DNA from: an uncultured Muribaculaceae bacterium
GTDB taxonomy: Bacteria; Bacillota_I; Bacilli_A; RF39; UBA660
Direction of reading: 5' to 3'
DNA: 10,629 bases
Assembly (NCBI GenBank): GCA_964609615.1
Contig: CAZSRL010000027.1
Coordinates: 1-10,629, forward strand
Shown here: piece by piece, positions 1 to 8,046 of the stretch
Layout: the number at the start of each line of letters is the position of its first letter
How positions within the stretch are numbered: the first letter of the stretch is position 1
Notes under the pieces: model-generated
The model's input: only the letters and a program-made list of their open reading frames with translations
Database searches by the model: none
What the model was told of the DNA's origin: nothing
Made by a program: the position numbers and the translations under genes

Positions 1-2729
1 CCAGCCATTTTATCTCCAACACTCATTTTTCTTTTACTTGTTAAATAAATTCTTATTACTTTTGATACCCCAGATGGTAATTCATCGCTGTTTTCTTTTG
101 TAAATATTTTAATATCTTGAACTATTCCAGCACTTCCATGTGGAACACGTAATGAAGTGTCTCTTACTTCTCTTGTTTTTTCTCCAAATATTGCATGTAA
201 TAATTTTTCTTCACTACTTAATTCTTGTACTCCTTTTGGTGTAACTTTACCTACTAAAATATCATTTTCTTTTACTTCAGTACCAATTTTAATTATTCCA
301 TCTGAGTCAAGATTCTTACGAGCTTCTTCACTTACATTTGGAATATCCCTAGTGAATTCTTCAGGTCCAAGTTTAGTTTCTCTACATTCAACATCGTGTT
401 GTTCAATATGAAGTGATGTTAATACATCATCTCTTACAATTCTTTCATTCAATATTACAGCATCTTCATAGTTATAACCATTATAAGTCATGAACGCTAC
501 TACTAAGTTTTTACCAAGAGCAATTTCTCCTTTATCAGTAGAAGGTCCATCAGCAATAACCATTCCTTTTGTTACTTTGTCACCTTTTCTTACTATTGGT
601 TTTTGATTGTAACAAGTTTCTTGGTTACTTCTTTCATAATTGTATAAATTATATAAATCTTTTCCTTTTTCACGTTTTACAATTATTTGTTTTGAATCAA
701 CATAATCTACAACTCCATCAGCTTTAGCAACAACTACAACTCCAGAGTCCTTTGCTGCAACATGTTCAACACCAGTTGCTACATATGGAGCTTCGGCTCT
801 TAATAAAGGCACTGCTTGACGTTGCATATTTGCACCCATAAGTGCTCTTTTTGCATCGTCATGTTCCAAGAAAGGAATCATACTTGTAGTAATTGATACT
901 ATTTGTGAAGGTGCAACATCAACATAATCTATTTTTTCTCTCTCTACTATTAAATTATCTCCTTCAAATCTAGCAGGCACTTTTTCTTCTACTATTTCAT
1001 TTTTTGAATTAACATCTATTGTAGCTTGAGAAATATAATAATTTTCTTCTTCGTCAGCTGTCATATAAACAACTTCTTTTGTTAATTTTCCATTTGTTAC
1101 TTTTCTATATGGTGTCATAATAAAACCATATTCATTTACTTTTGCATAACTAGATAAACTAGTAATTAATCCAATATTTGGTCCTTCTGGTGTTTCAATA
1201 GGACAAATTCTTCCATAATGACTTAAATTAACGTCACGTACTTCCATACCTGCTCTATCTCTTGATAAACCACCAGGTCCAAGTGCACTTAATCTTCTTT
1301 TATCATTCATTTCACTCATTGGATTAGTTTGTTCCATAAATTTTGATAATTGACTACTTCCGAAGAACTCTTTTAAAGACGCTGTTACTGGTCTAATATT
1401 TATTAAACTTTTTGGTGTTACAGTTTCAATTTCTTGAGTTGTCATTTTTTCACGAATAACTCTTTCCATACGAGTTACACCAACTTTAAATTGATTTTGA
1501 ATTAATTCTCCACCTTGACGAACACGTCTATTTCCTAAATGATCTATTTCATCATAATTACCAATACCATAATGTAAATTGATATAATATGATATTGAAG
1601 CATACACATCACTTGTTGTAAGTCTTCTACTATCAATAGTAGGATCATTACCAATTACTTTTAAAACTTTATCACTTCCGTCATTAGCATATACTAAAAC
1701 TTCTTGAACTTTATTATAAGTATCAAGCTCATCATTTATTTTAACTTCTTTTAAAGCATATCCTTTTGCAAACAAGTCCTTTAATTCACTTAATTTTTCT
1801 TTTGTTACAGTTTCACCTTTTTTAACAATGATTTTATTTCCATCTTTTATATCCTGTGCTACTTTTTGGTTTAATAATCTTTCTAATACATTTAATTTTT
1901 TATTAAATTTATATCTACCAACTTTTGCTAAATCATATCTAAATTTATCAAAAAATCTAACAATTAATTGGTTTTTAGAACTATCAAGTGTAGCAGGTTC
2001 TCCAGGTCTTAATTTTTCATATATTTCTATTAAAGCTTCGTCTGTATTTTTTGTAGAATCTTTTGCAAAAGTATTATCTAACAATTCATCTTTACCAAAT
2101 ACATTTTCTATTTCTTCATTACTACTTAGTCCAAGTGCACGCAAAAATGTAGAAATAGGTACTTTCCTAGTTCTATCTATTCTAACATAAATAACACCAC
2201 GTGCATCAACTTCATATTCAAGCCAAGTTCCCTTTGTAGGAATCACTTCGCTAATTATAATATTTCTTCCATTTTTATCAATTTCACTTTTAAAATACAC
2301 ACTAGGAGATCTTACAAGTTGTGAGTTAATTACTCTTTCTGCTCCATTAATAATAAATGTACCAGTTTCTGTCATAAGTGGCATATCACCTAAAAATACT
2401 TCTTGCTCTTTTACTTCTCCTGTTTCATTGATATAAACCTTAGCATTAACTTTTAAAGGAGCTGCATAAGTAATTCTTCTTTCTTTAGCCTCTTTAATTG
2501 TATATCTAGGTTCTTCAAAGAAATAATCGCCAAACTCCAACGATAACGAACCAGAAAAGCTTTCAACTGGGAAAACATCATCAAATACCTCTTTTATTCC
2601 TTCATCCAAGAATTTTTTGTAACTGCTTTTTTGAATTTCCAACAAATCTGTTAATTCATAAACATTACGCATTTTAGAGAAATTTCTTCTCTCTCTATGG
2701 TCTCCAAACTTTTGTACTTTGTAAGCCAC
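1..2729 (-). CDS. rpoB: DNA-directed RNA polymerase beta subunit, N-terminal ~909 codons (3' end runs off the window at position 1)
   Basis: It is absent from the ORF track because there is no stop in the window. The minus-strand frame from GTG at 2729 (GGGGTGA RBS 4 nt upstream) stays open to position 3. My translation starts VAYKVQKFGDHRERRNFSKMRNVYELTDLLEIQKSSYKKFL. It contains GNRRVRQGGELIQNQF, LSALGPGGLSRDRAGMEVRDVNLSHYGRICPIETPEGPNIGLI and MGANMQRQAVPLL, and ends at the window edge with SVGDKMAG. These are hallmark RpoB motifs. Its position downstream of rplL plus the methyltransferase is the canonical one. Confidence 0.95.
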   Translation of the reverse strand, partial: MAYKVQKFGDHRERRNFSKMRNVYELTDLLEIQKSSYKKFLDEGIKEVFDDVFPVESFSGSLSLEFGDYFFEEPRYTIKEAKERRITYAAPLKVNAKVYINETGEVKEQEVFLGDMPLMTETGTFIINGAERVINSQLVRSPSVYFKSEIDKNGRNIIISEVIPTKGTWLEYEVDARGVIYVRIDRTRKVPISTFLRALGLSSNEEIENVFGKDELLDNTFAKDSTKNTDEALIEIYEKLRPGEPATLDSSKNQLIVRFFDKFRYDLAKVGRYKFNKKLNVLERLLNQKVAQDIKDGNKIIVKKGETVTKEKLSELKDLFAKGYALKEVKINDELDTYNKVQEVLVYANDGSDKVLKVIGNDPTIDSRRLTTSDVYASISYYINLHYGIGNYDEIDHLGNRRVRQGGELIQNQFKVGVTRMERVIREKMTTQEIETVTPKSLINIRPVTASLKEFFGSSQLSKFMEQTNPMSEMNDKRRLSALGPGGLSRDRAGMEVRDVNLSHYGRICPIETPEGPNIGLITSLSSYAKVNEYGFIMTPYRKVTNGKLTKEVVYMTADEEENYYISQATIDVNSKNEIVEEKVPARFEGDNLIVEREKIDYVDVAPSQIVSITTSMIPFLEHDDAKRALMGANMQRQAVPLLRAEAPYVATGVEHVAAKDSGVVVVAKADGVVDYVDSKQIIVKREKGKDLYNLYNYERSNQETCYNQKPIVRKGDKVTKGMVIADGPSTDKGEIALGKNLVVAFMTYNGYNYEDAVILNERIVRDDVLTSLHIEQHDVECRETKLGPEEFTRDIPNVSEEARKNLDSDGIIKIGTEVKENDILVGKVTPKGVQELSSEEKLLHAIFGEKTREVRDTSLRVPHGSAGIVQDIKIFTKENSDELPSGVSKVIRIYLTSKRKMSVGDKMA

Positions 2730-2801
2730 ATCTTCACCCCAATTTCTAAATTTTAAAAGAACATAAACTTTAAATATAAAAGTAAACGTTGCCAATTTAC
2801 A

Positions 2802-2830
2802 ATTATACTAAAGATTATTCCTCAAGTCAA
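2802..2830 (-). promoter_or_regulatory. Near-consensus sigma-A/sigma-70 promoter upstream of rpoB
   Basis: The minus strand reads TTGACT (2830-2825), an exact 17-nt spacer TGAGGAATAATCTTTAG, then TATAAT (2807-2802), about 70 nt upstream of the rpoB GTG. This is a sequence match only, with no transcript data. Confidence 0.55.
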
Positions 2831-2832
2831 CA

Positions 2833-3417
2833 TTATTTTGACTTAATTATGTAAAACCCTTTACTTTTATTCATTATTTCAACTTTATATTGTTTTTCTA
2901 ATAATTTTATAAAAGATTTTGCTCCACCATCTTTTCTAATAACGCACCAAAGCTCTCCATTATTTGTTAAATACTTTTTTGAATTTATTAAAATATTTTC
3001 AACTACAATTTTCCCTGCTCTAATGGGTGGATTAGTTATTATTAAATCATATTTATTATTTATTTTTTCATAGCAATTACTTTCAATTGCTTCTCCATTT
3101 ACTTTATTTAATTTAATATTTTCTAAAGACAAATGAACACTTCTTTTATTTATATCACATAACATAACTTTACAATTTTTAAGTTTTCCAATAACAATAC
3201 CTATAACACCATATCCACACCCTAAATCAAGTGCATTTGATATTTCAGCATTGGTAGATAGATATGTATCTAATAGTAATTTAGTTCCATAATCAACCTT
3301 ATTTTTAGAAAACACTCCATTATCAGACATAAATGTAAAATCAACGTCCCCTATATTATAATTTAATGTCTTTATATTACTTTTTAAATTTTCATTACTA
3401 GTAAAATAATGATTCAT
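2833..3417 (-). CDS. Class I SAM-dependent methyltransferase, RsmC/RsmD-like small rRNA methyltransferase (YbxB-like position between rplL and rpoB)
   Basis: 194-aa ORF. LDLGCGYGVIG matches SAM-binding motif I, and IITNPPIRAGK matches the NPP[I/F/H] catalytic motif of N2-G/N6-A methyltransferases. Bacillus-type genomes carry a gene of this kind at the same rplL-(methyltransferase)-rpoB position. The substrate is not inferable from sequence. Confidence 0.8.
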   Translation of the reverse strand: MNHYFTSNENLKSNIKTLNYNIGDVDFTFMSDNGVFSKNKVDYGTKLLLDTYLSTNAEISNALDLGCGYGVIGIVIGKLKNCKVMLCDINKRSVHLSLENIKLNKVNGEAIESNCYEKINNKYDLIITNPPIRAGKIVVENILINSKKYLTNNGELWCVIRKDGGAKSFIKLLEKQYKVEIMNKSKGFYIIKSK

Positions 3418-3446
3418 TTTGCCTCTTTCTATATCTCAATAAACGT

Positions 3447-3464
3447 AAAAAAGCCCAAAGGGCT
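3447..3464 (-). terminator. Intrinsic terminator/attenuator downstream of rplL
   Basis: The minus strand reads AGCCC-TTT-GGGCT followed by TTTTTT, 10 nt after the rplL stop. The stem is short (5 bp, GC-rich), so termination is likely partial, as is typical between rplL and rpoB. Confidence 0.55.
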
Positions 3465-3474
3465 ATTTTACATA

Positions 3475-3843
3475 TTAAACTAATTCTACAGTTGCGCCAA
3501 CTTCTTCAAGTTTTGCTTTAAGTTCATTTGCTTCGTCTGATGAAATATTTTCTTTAATATTTCCTCCAGCATCAGCTATATCTTTTGCTTCTTTAAGTCC
3601 TAAACCAGTAACTTCTCTTACAATTTTAATAACTTGTAATTTTTGTCCTCCTGCTTCTTTAAGAACAACAGTTTTCTTTGCATCTCCTGCTTCTTCTGCT
3701 GCCGCTGCTGGAGCTGCTGCTACTGCTACTGCACTTGGATCAACTCCAAATTCTTCTTTCATTGCATCTACAAGTTCTTTAACTTCTAGAATTGTCATTT
3801 CTTTAAGACCGTTAATAAAGTCTTCTTTTTTAATTTTTGCCAT
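3475..3843 (-). CDS. rplL: 50S ribosomal protein L7/L12
   Basis: 122 aa. It has an N-terminal dimerisation helix, an Ala/Pro/Glu hinge ([12 protein letters not shown]) and the C-terminal domain [22 protein letters not shown]...[28 protein letters not shown] upstream. Confidence 0.96.
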   Translation of the reverse strand: MAKIKKEDFINGLKEMTILEVKELVDAMKEEFGVDPSAVAVAAAPAAAAEEAGDAKKTVVLKEAGGQKLQVIKIVREVTGLGLKEAKDIADAGGNIKENISSDEANELKAKLEEVGATVELV

Positions 3844-3858
3844 TATTAATCTCCTCCT

Positions 3859-4353
3859 TTAATTTTTTTCTAACCCTTCAGAATAAAGGTTAAGTGCAAT
3901 ACTTAAATTTTTAACATGTTCTATCATACCACCTGCTAACATAGTAAGAAGTCCTTCCATATTAGGTATTGACGCATAAGTTTTAATAAGCTCTTGATCT
4001 GCTTGTTCTCCATCAATCATTCCAACTCTAACTTCTAGTGCTGGATGCTTTTTAGCAAATTCACTTACTACTTTAATAGGTTCTATAATATCACTAGAGA
4101 AAAGATAAGCATTTGGCCCTTCCATGTATTCATCAAGGGCTATTTTATTTTCTTTTAATGCTAAAGCTACTAAAGTATTTTTATAAATTTTATAGTTAGC
4201 ATTAATTTCTCTTAGTTCTTTTCTAAGTAAAGATACTTCATCAACTTTTAATCCTTGATAATTAAGAATTAAAAATGTTTTAGAATCTTTTATATTATTT
4301 GAAATTTCTTTTACTACTTCTTTTTTAAGACTAAGACTCTTTTCGCTTGCCAT
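3859..4353 (-). CDS. rplJ: 50S ribosomal protein L10
   Basis: 164 aa. The N-terminal KKEVVKEISNNIKDSKTFLILNYQGLKVDEVSLLRKELRE matches the L10 pattern. It lies immediately upstream of rplL, with a GAAGGAGGAAG RBS. Confidence 0.93.
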   Translation of the reverse strand: MASEKSLSLKKEVVKEISNNIKDSKTFLILNYQGLKVDEVSLLRKELREINANYKIYKNTLVALALKENKIALDEYMEGPNAYLFSSDIIEPIKVVSEFAKKHPALEVRVGMIDGEQADQELIKTYASIPNMEGLLTMLAGGMIEHVKNLSIALNLYSEGLEKN

Positions 4354-4482
4354 ACACTTCCTCCTTCATATATCGATAAAAGCTTTCCCAAAGGAAAGCT
4401 TATAATCATTTTTATAAGTTCCTCGGTAGGATTTTTAAATTATTTAATCCCTACTGTCTTTGGTACTCGTTTTACGAACATT
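4354..4482 (-). promoter_or_regulatory. rplJ 5' leader, probable L10(L12)4-binding ribosomal-protein leader RNA
   Basis: 129-nt untranslated leader between the promoter and rplJ. The minus strand carries ACCAAAGACA-GTAGGGAT...ATCCTAC-CGAGG, a bulged hairpin (4426-4454) flanked by purine-rich strands. A perfect 9-bp hairpin AAGCTTTCC-TTTG-GGAAAGCTT (4380-4401) follows, just before the RBS. This layout resembles the Firmicute L10 leader as I recall it. It has not been tested with a covariance model. Confidence 0.5.
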
Positions 4483-4511
4483 ATTATATAACAATTATTT
4501 TTAATTGTCAA
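4483..4511 (-). promoter_or_regulatory. Consensus sigma-A promoter for rplJ-rplL
   Basis: The minus strand reads TTGACA (4511-4506, overlapping the last codons of rplA), an exact 17-nt spacer ATTAAAAATAATTGTTA, then TATAAT (4488-4483). Confidence 0.6.
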
Positions 4512-5196
4512 AAGAATTTTTATCTACTCTAATACCAGGTCCCATAGTACTTGAAACACTAATATTTTTTATATAAACGCCTTTTGAACCAGTTGGTTTA
4601 TTTTTGATAATTTCATTTACTAATGCAATTAAATTTTCTTCTAATTTTTTTTCAGTAAATGAAACCTTTCCAATAACTACATGTACATTAGCATATGTAT
4701 CAGTTTTGTATTCTATCATTCCTTTTTTGATATTTGATACTGCCATTTCTACATCAGTAGTTACTGTTCCAGTTTTAGGGTTAGGCATTAATCCTTTTGG
4801 CCCTAAAACTTTACCAATTTTACCTAAACTAGCCATCATATCTGGTGTCGCTACGATAACATCAAAATCGAACCAACCATCTTTTTCGATTTTTTTGATC
4901 ATATCATCGTCTCCAACAAAATCAGCTTTAGCAGCTTTTGCCTCAGCAACTTTAGTTTTAGTAATAACTAATACTTTAGGATTTTTACCTGTACCATTTG
5001 GAAGTACAAGTGATCCTCTTAATTGTTGATCAGATTTTTTTGTATCTAAATTTAATTTTATTGCAACATCTACAGTTGCATCAAATTTAGTTTTACTTAA
5101 TGATTTTGCTAATTTTATCGCTTCTTTATAAGAATATAAGTTTTTCTTATCTACTTTTTTTGAAGCTTCCACATAGTTCTTTCCGAATTTTTTCAT
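4501..5196 (-). CDS. rplA: 50S ribosomal protein L1
   Basis: 231 aa. The motifs KFDATVDVAIKLNLD, QQLRGSLVLPNGTGK, FDVIVATPDMM and LGPKGLMPNPKTGTVT are typical of L1. AAGGAGGT RBS. It follows rplK. Confidence 0.96.
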   Translation of the reverse strand: MKKFGKNYVEASKKVDKKNLYSYKEAIKLAKSLSKTKFDATVDVAIKLNLDTKKSDQQLRGSLVLPNGTGKNPKVLVITKTKVAEAKAAKADFVGDDDMIKKIEKDGWFDFDVIVATPDMMASLGKIGKVLGPKGLMPNPKTGTVTTDVEMAVSNIKKGMIEYKTDTYANVHVVIGKVSFTEKKLEENLIALVNEIIKNKPTGSKGVYIKNISVSSTMGPGIRVDKNSFDN

Positions 5197-5241
5197 TTTT
5201 TTACCTCCTTACGTGGTTATAAGTTAAGCGGATTATTTAAT

Positions 5242-5865
5242 TTATTCTTCTTTATTTTCTTCTTGATCTTCTTCTGTTTCAGATGATTCTTCTTCTGTTG
5301 CTTCTTCAGTTGATGTAGCTGCTGCTTCTGCCATTTCTTTAGCTTCTTCTTCCATTTGTTCTAGTTCAGCATCAAGCTTAGCCATTTCTTTTTCTGCTTC
5401 TGCTGCTTCTGCTGCTTGTTCAGCAAGCTCTGCATCATTAACTCCTTTTACTGCTATTCCCATATTTCTTGCTGTTCCTTCAATTGTTGACATAGCTTCT
5501 TCAAGAGTATAAGCATTTAAGTCTGGTAATTTTATTTCAGCTATCTTTTTTAAATCATCTTTCGTAATTGTTGCAACTATTTCATTAGCTCCTTTTACAG
5601 AACCTTTTTTAATTTTTGCTGCTTTAAGTAATAAAGTAGCAGTTGGTGGAGTTTTAAGTACGAAGTCAAATGTTCTATCTTCATAAACAGATATTTCAAC
5701 TGGTATTACATCTCCCATTTTATCTCTAGTTGCATCATTGTATCTAGTACAAAACTCTTGCAAATTGATTCCTGCTGGTCCAAGCACAGTCCCAACTGGT
5801 GGAGCTGGTGTTGCTTTACCTGCTTCAATTTGAAGTTTTACTTTTTGCATTATTGCTTTTGCCAC
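5242..5865 (-). CDS. rplK: 50S ribosomal protein L11 with an atypical acidic C-terminal extension of ~67 aa
   Basis: GTG start with a GGAGGTG RBS. Residues 1 to about 140 match L11 ([58 protein letters not shown]). Residues 141-207 are an in-frame Glu/Ala-rich tail. The same frame continues without interruption. Confidence 0.9.
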   Translation of the reverse strand: MAKAIMQKVKLQIEAGKATPAPPVGTVLGPAGINLQEFCTRYNDATRDKMGDVIPVEISVYEDRTFDFVLKTPPTATLLLKAAKIKKGSVKGANEIVATITKDDLKKIAEIKLPDLNAYTLEEAMSTIEGTARNMGIAVKGVNDAELAEQAAEAAEAEKEMAKLDAELEQMEEEAKEMAEAAATSTEEATEEESSETEEDQEENKEE

Positions 5866-6003
5866 GAAAACACCTCCTATATTTTTAGATTTAATTTTTC
5901 GCGAGTGGTTATATCGCTATTATTCTTTCCGCTCCCACTTACTCACTTACATATAATAATATGCAAGCTGACTAAATGATAATAACATAAAAGATATAAA
6001 ATT

Positions 6004-7017
6004 TCAATGATTTTCTACTCTATTTAATAACTTATTAACATCTTGTAAGTTGCTATATTTAAAATAACCTTTATAGCTACTTATACTTTTATCATTCATA
6101 TATTTTATTTTTTTCTTTATTCTTCTTTTTGTTTTATTACATATTTTAATTATTAACTTTTTATTTTTTAATATAAAAGTATATCCTAAAAAACTAAAAC
6201 CATTATTAACATTATATATATTAGTTTTACTATTTAAATTAAGTTTTAATTTATTTAACTCTATATTTATATAATATAAACATTTTTTTAAATAATCTTT
6301 ATCATTACTAAATAATAAAAAATCATCCATATATCTAACATAACACTTTATTCTTAACTTTTCTTTTATATAATGATCAATATCATTTAAATAATATAAA
6401 GCAAGTATTTGACTACTCATATTACCTATAGGAAGACCTTTATTATACTTATATAAAGTAATATCTTTATTATTATACTTTAATATATTTTTATTAACAT
6501 AAGTTTTATTAGTACTATCAATAATATTAAATAATATCTTTTCTATTTCACTATCTAATTTAAGATTTAATAATTTTTCTTTTAAAATATCATGATCAAT
6601 ATTATAAAAAAACTTTCTAATATCACACTTTAAAACATATACATTACCATTTAATTTTAAACTATTTATAAAGCCTTTAACAAGCTTTATTCCTTCACCA
6701 CTACCTTTTCCCTCGCGACTTGCTATATTAGTGGATATAAGCCTTTTAAATATGTTTTCCTTTAAATAATATTCACTTATATAATAATTAACTATTTTAT
6801 CAATTAACTTTTCACTCATTATTACTCTACACTTAGGGTCACTTATTAAAAATATATTATAATACCCATGACTATATAAATCACTTTCTAATATATTTTT
6901 AATATTACAAACATTACTATTATAAAATAACTCAAACATAAATAACTTTTCTTTGTGTTTAGTATTTCTTTTAATATCTAAATAAACTTTATTTAATTTT
7001 TCAATATCAACTACCAC
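6004..7017 (-). CDS. DGR-type reverse transcriptase
   Basis: 337 aa. RT motif 4 reads GLPIGNMSSQILALYYLNDIDHYI, the [I/L/V]GxxxSQ signature that distinguishes DGR RTs from group II intron and retron RTs. Motif 5 reads YVRYMDDFLLF (YxDD catalytic box). GFSFLGY lies downstream. The size is typical of DGR RTs and there is no maturase or endonuclease domain. The annotated start is GTG and overlaps the upstream ORF by 11 nt with no obvious SD, so the exact start is uncertain. Confidence 0.87.
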   Translation of the reverse strand: MVVDIEKLNKVYLDIKRNTKHKEKLFMFELFYNSNVCNIKNILESDLYSHGYYNIFLISDPKCRVIMSEKLIDKIVNYYISEYYLKENIFKRLISTNIASREGKGSGEGIKLVKGFINSLKLNGNVYVLKCDIRKFFYNIDHDILKEKLLNLKLDSEIEKILFNIIDSTNKTYVNKNILKYNNKDITLYKYNKGLPIGNMSSQILALYYLNDIDHYIKEKLRIKCYVRYMDDFLLFSNDKDYLKKCLYYINIELNKLKLNLNSKTNIYNVNNGFSFLGYTFILKNKKLIIKICNKTKRRIKKKIKYMNDKSISSYKGYFKYSNLQDVNKLLNRVENH

Positions 7018-7345
7018 TTTTTAATAAACCATAACTAATCTTTCTAATTTCAATAATAAAATTAACTATCACTTCATACTTTCTTTTATTAATAATTTTT
7101 CTTTTATAACAAATACCCATATAATAATCAATCATACTTAAATTAACAATAAAGTCTTTTAAATTCTTTTCTTTGACTTTACCTATATTACATTTATAAT
7201 AAAATAATAATTCAATACTTTTATATAAACAAACCTCTAAATTACTTTTCAAAACAACTTCCTTTTTAGGACAATTAACTAATACTTTATTAATATAATC
7301 ATTTGTTTTTTTAACTTTATTTAATAATATAAAACTATAATTCAT
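7007..7345 (-). CDS. avd: Avd-like accessory variability determinant (small basic four-helix-bundle protein)
   Basis: 112 aa, Lys/Arg-rich. The pattern YINKVLVNCPKKEVVLKSNLEVCLYKSIELL...KRKIINKRKYEVIVNFIIEIRKISYGLLKS parallels Avd-family proteins (a P-K/R-K/E motif in helix 1-2 and a C-terminal EI.K...G..K). It sits immediately upstream of the RT and is translationally coupled to it. The similarity was judged by eye only. Confidence 0.6.
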   Translation of the reverse strand: MNYSFILLNKVKKTNDYINKVLVNCPKKEVVLKSNLEVCLYKSIELLFYYKCNIGKVKEKNLKDFIVNLSMIDYYMGICYKRKIINKRKYEVIVNFIIEIRKISYGLLKSGS

Positions 7346-7739
7346 TTATAAAATCCTTAATTTTACTATAATTATTAATATCCTTAACTAAACACTTATG
7401 CACTAAATTATTTAATAAATCTTCCTTATACTCAATATCGTAAAATAACTTAGCCATACTTAAATACCTATTATAATTATTAATATCTACTTTATAATAA
7501 ACAATATTATTCTTAGGATAACTAACTAATACACAAATACCACTATTATTTAACCCTAATATTACACTTTCAAGACTATTATCTGGAAAACCAACTATCA
7601 TATCATGTATTTTATACTTAAATATTTCATGTATTACTAACGCATCATCACCAAAACTTCTATAAAACTTTCCACAATTAACAATTACAACATACTTTTT
7701 ATTATTACTTTTCAAACTAAAATAAATACTCTTAAACAT
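7335..7739 (-). CDS. MutS domain I-like (mismatch-binding-domain-like) accessory protein
   Basis: 134 aa. [29 protein letters not shown]...[24 protein letters not shown] lines up with the E. coli MutS N-terminus [29 protein letters not shown]...[30 protein letters not shown] RBS 8 nt upstream of the ATG. It is the first gene of the three-gene operon. Confidence 0.5.
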   Translation of the reverse strand: [134 protein letters not shown]

Positions 7740-7762
7740 TAATACTTCACCTATCTATAATA

Positions 7763-7797
7763 ATAGTATCTCTCTCTCTCTCTCTCTCTCGTGTCAA
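7763..7797 (-). promoter_or_regulatory. Candidate promoter of the accessory/RT operon with an over-long spacer formed by the (GA)11 tract
   Basis: The minus strand reads TTGACA (7797-7792), then C + (GA)11 (23 nt), then TACTAT (7768-7763). TATTAT variants lie just downstream, followed by AGGTGA and the ATG at 7739. The -35 is consensus, but the spacing is 6 nt longer than the 17 nt seen in the three other promoters in this window. Confidence 0.3.
7769..7790. repeat. Perfect dinucleotide microsatellite, (TC)11 on the plus strand and (GA)11 on the minus strand
   Basis: Read directly: tctctctctctctctctctctc at 7769-7790. It is the only such tract in the window. Confidence 0.97.
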
Positions 7798-7807
7798 GAG
7801 TTTTTAG

Positions 7808-7849
7808 AAAAAAAATAACAAAAAAAGTACTAAACAAAATGTTTAGTAC
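7808..7849 (-). terminator. Intrinsic terminator ending the TR-containing transcript
   Basis: The minus strand has a perfect 10-bp stem GTACTAAACA-TTT-TGTTTAGTAC (7849-7827) followed by TTTTTTTGTTATTTTTTTT (7826-7808). It terminates only the minus strand, since the plus-strand side lacks a T-run after the stem. Confidence 0.6.
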
Positions 7850-8046
7850 GACCTAGTTATAGTCCTATAAATTAATAAAATATTAAGTCATAAAACATCT
7901 AAAATCATATATTTAGGTTTCCCATGGATAAATTTTGTTTCCAATCTATTTATATAGATTATTTATATCATACAATATAAATTACTTCCTCACAATATTA
8001 GCCTTAACCAATATTTCTCGGTTTAGTATTACTATTTATAGTAGGA

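Noticed and set aside
157-411. Plus-strand ORFs 157-411 and 1828-2190 (84 and 120 aa)
   Set aside because: Both lie antisense to the continuous, motif-rich rpoB frame. They are low-complexity Ser/Leu/Phe-rich translations with no RBS, so they are shadow ORFs.
4604-5029. Plus-strand ORFs 4604-5029 and 5758-5979
   Set aside because: They lie antisense to rplA and to rplK plus its leader. They show no recognisable features and their composition is typical of an AT-rich antisense frame.
5866-6003. Possible L1-binding autoregulatory leader or promoter upstream of rplK (contains AAGTGGGAGCGG and an AGTGG...CCACT pairing)
   Set aside because: I found only a 5-bp closing helix and a GGGAG string. 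There is no convincing promoter hexamer pair or rRNA-mimic structure, so this is too weak to call without a covariance model.
6004-7017. The RT as a retron, group II intron or Abi/UG defence RT
   Set aside because: Motif 4 is IGxxxSQ (DGR type) rather than the QGxxxSP-like form. There is no maturase/X or endonuclease domain and no intron domain V-like structure. No msr/msd-style inverted repeats flank it. A cognate TR/VR pair with adenine-specific mismatches lies next to it.
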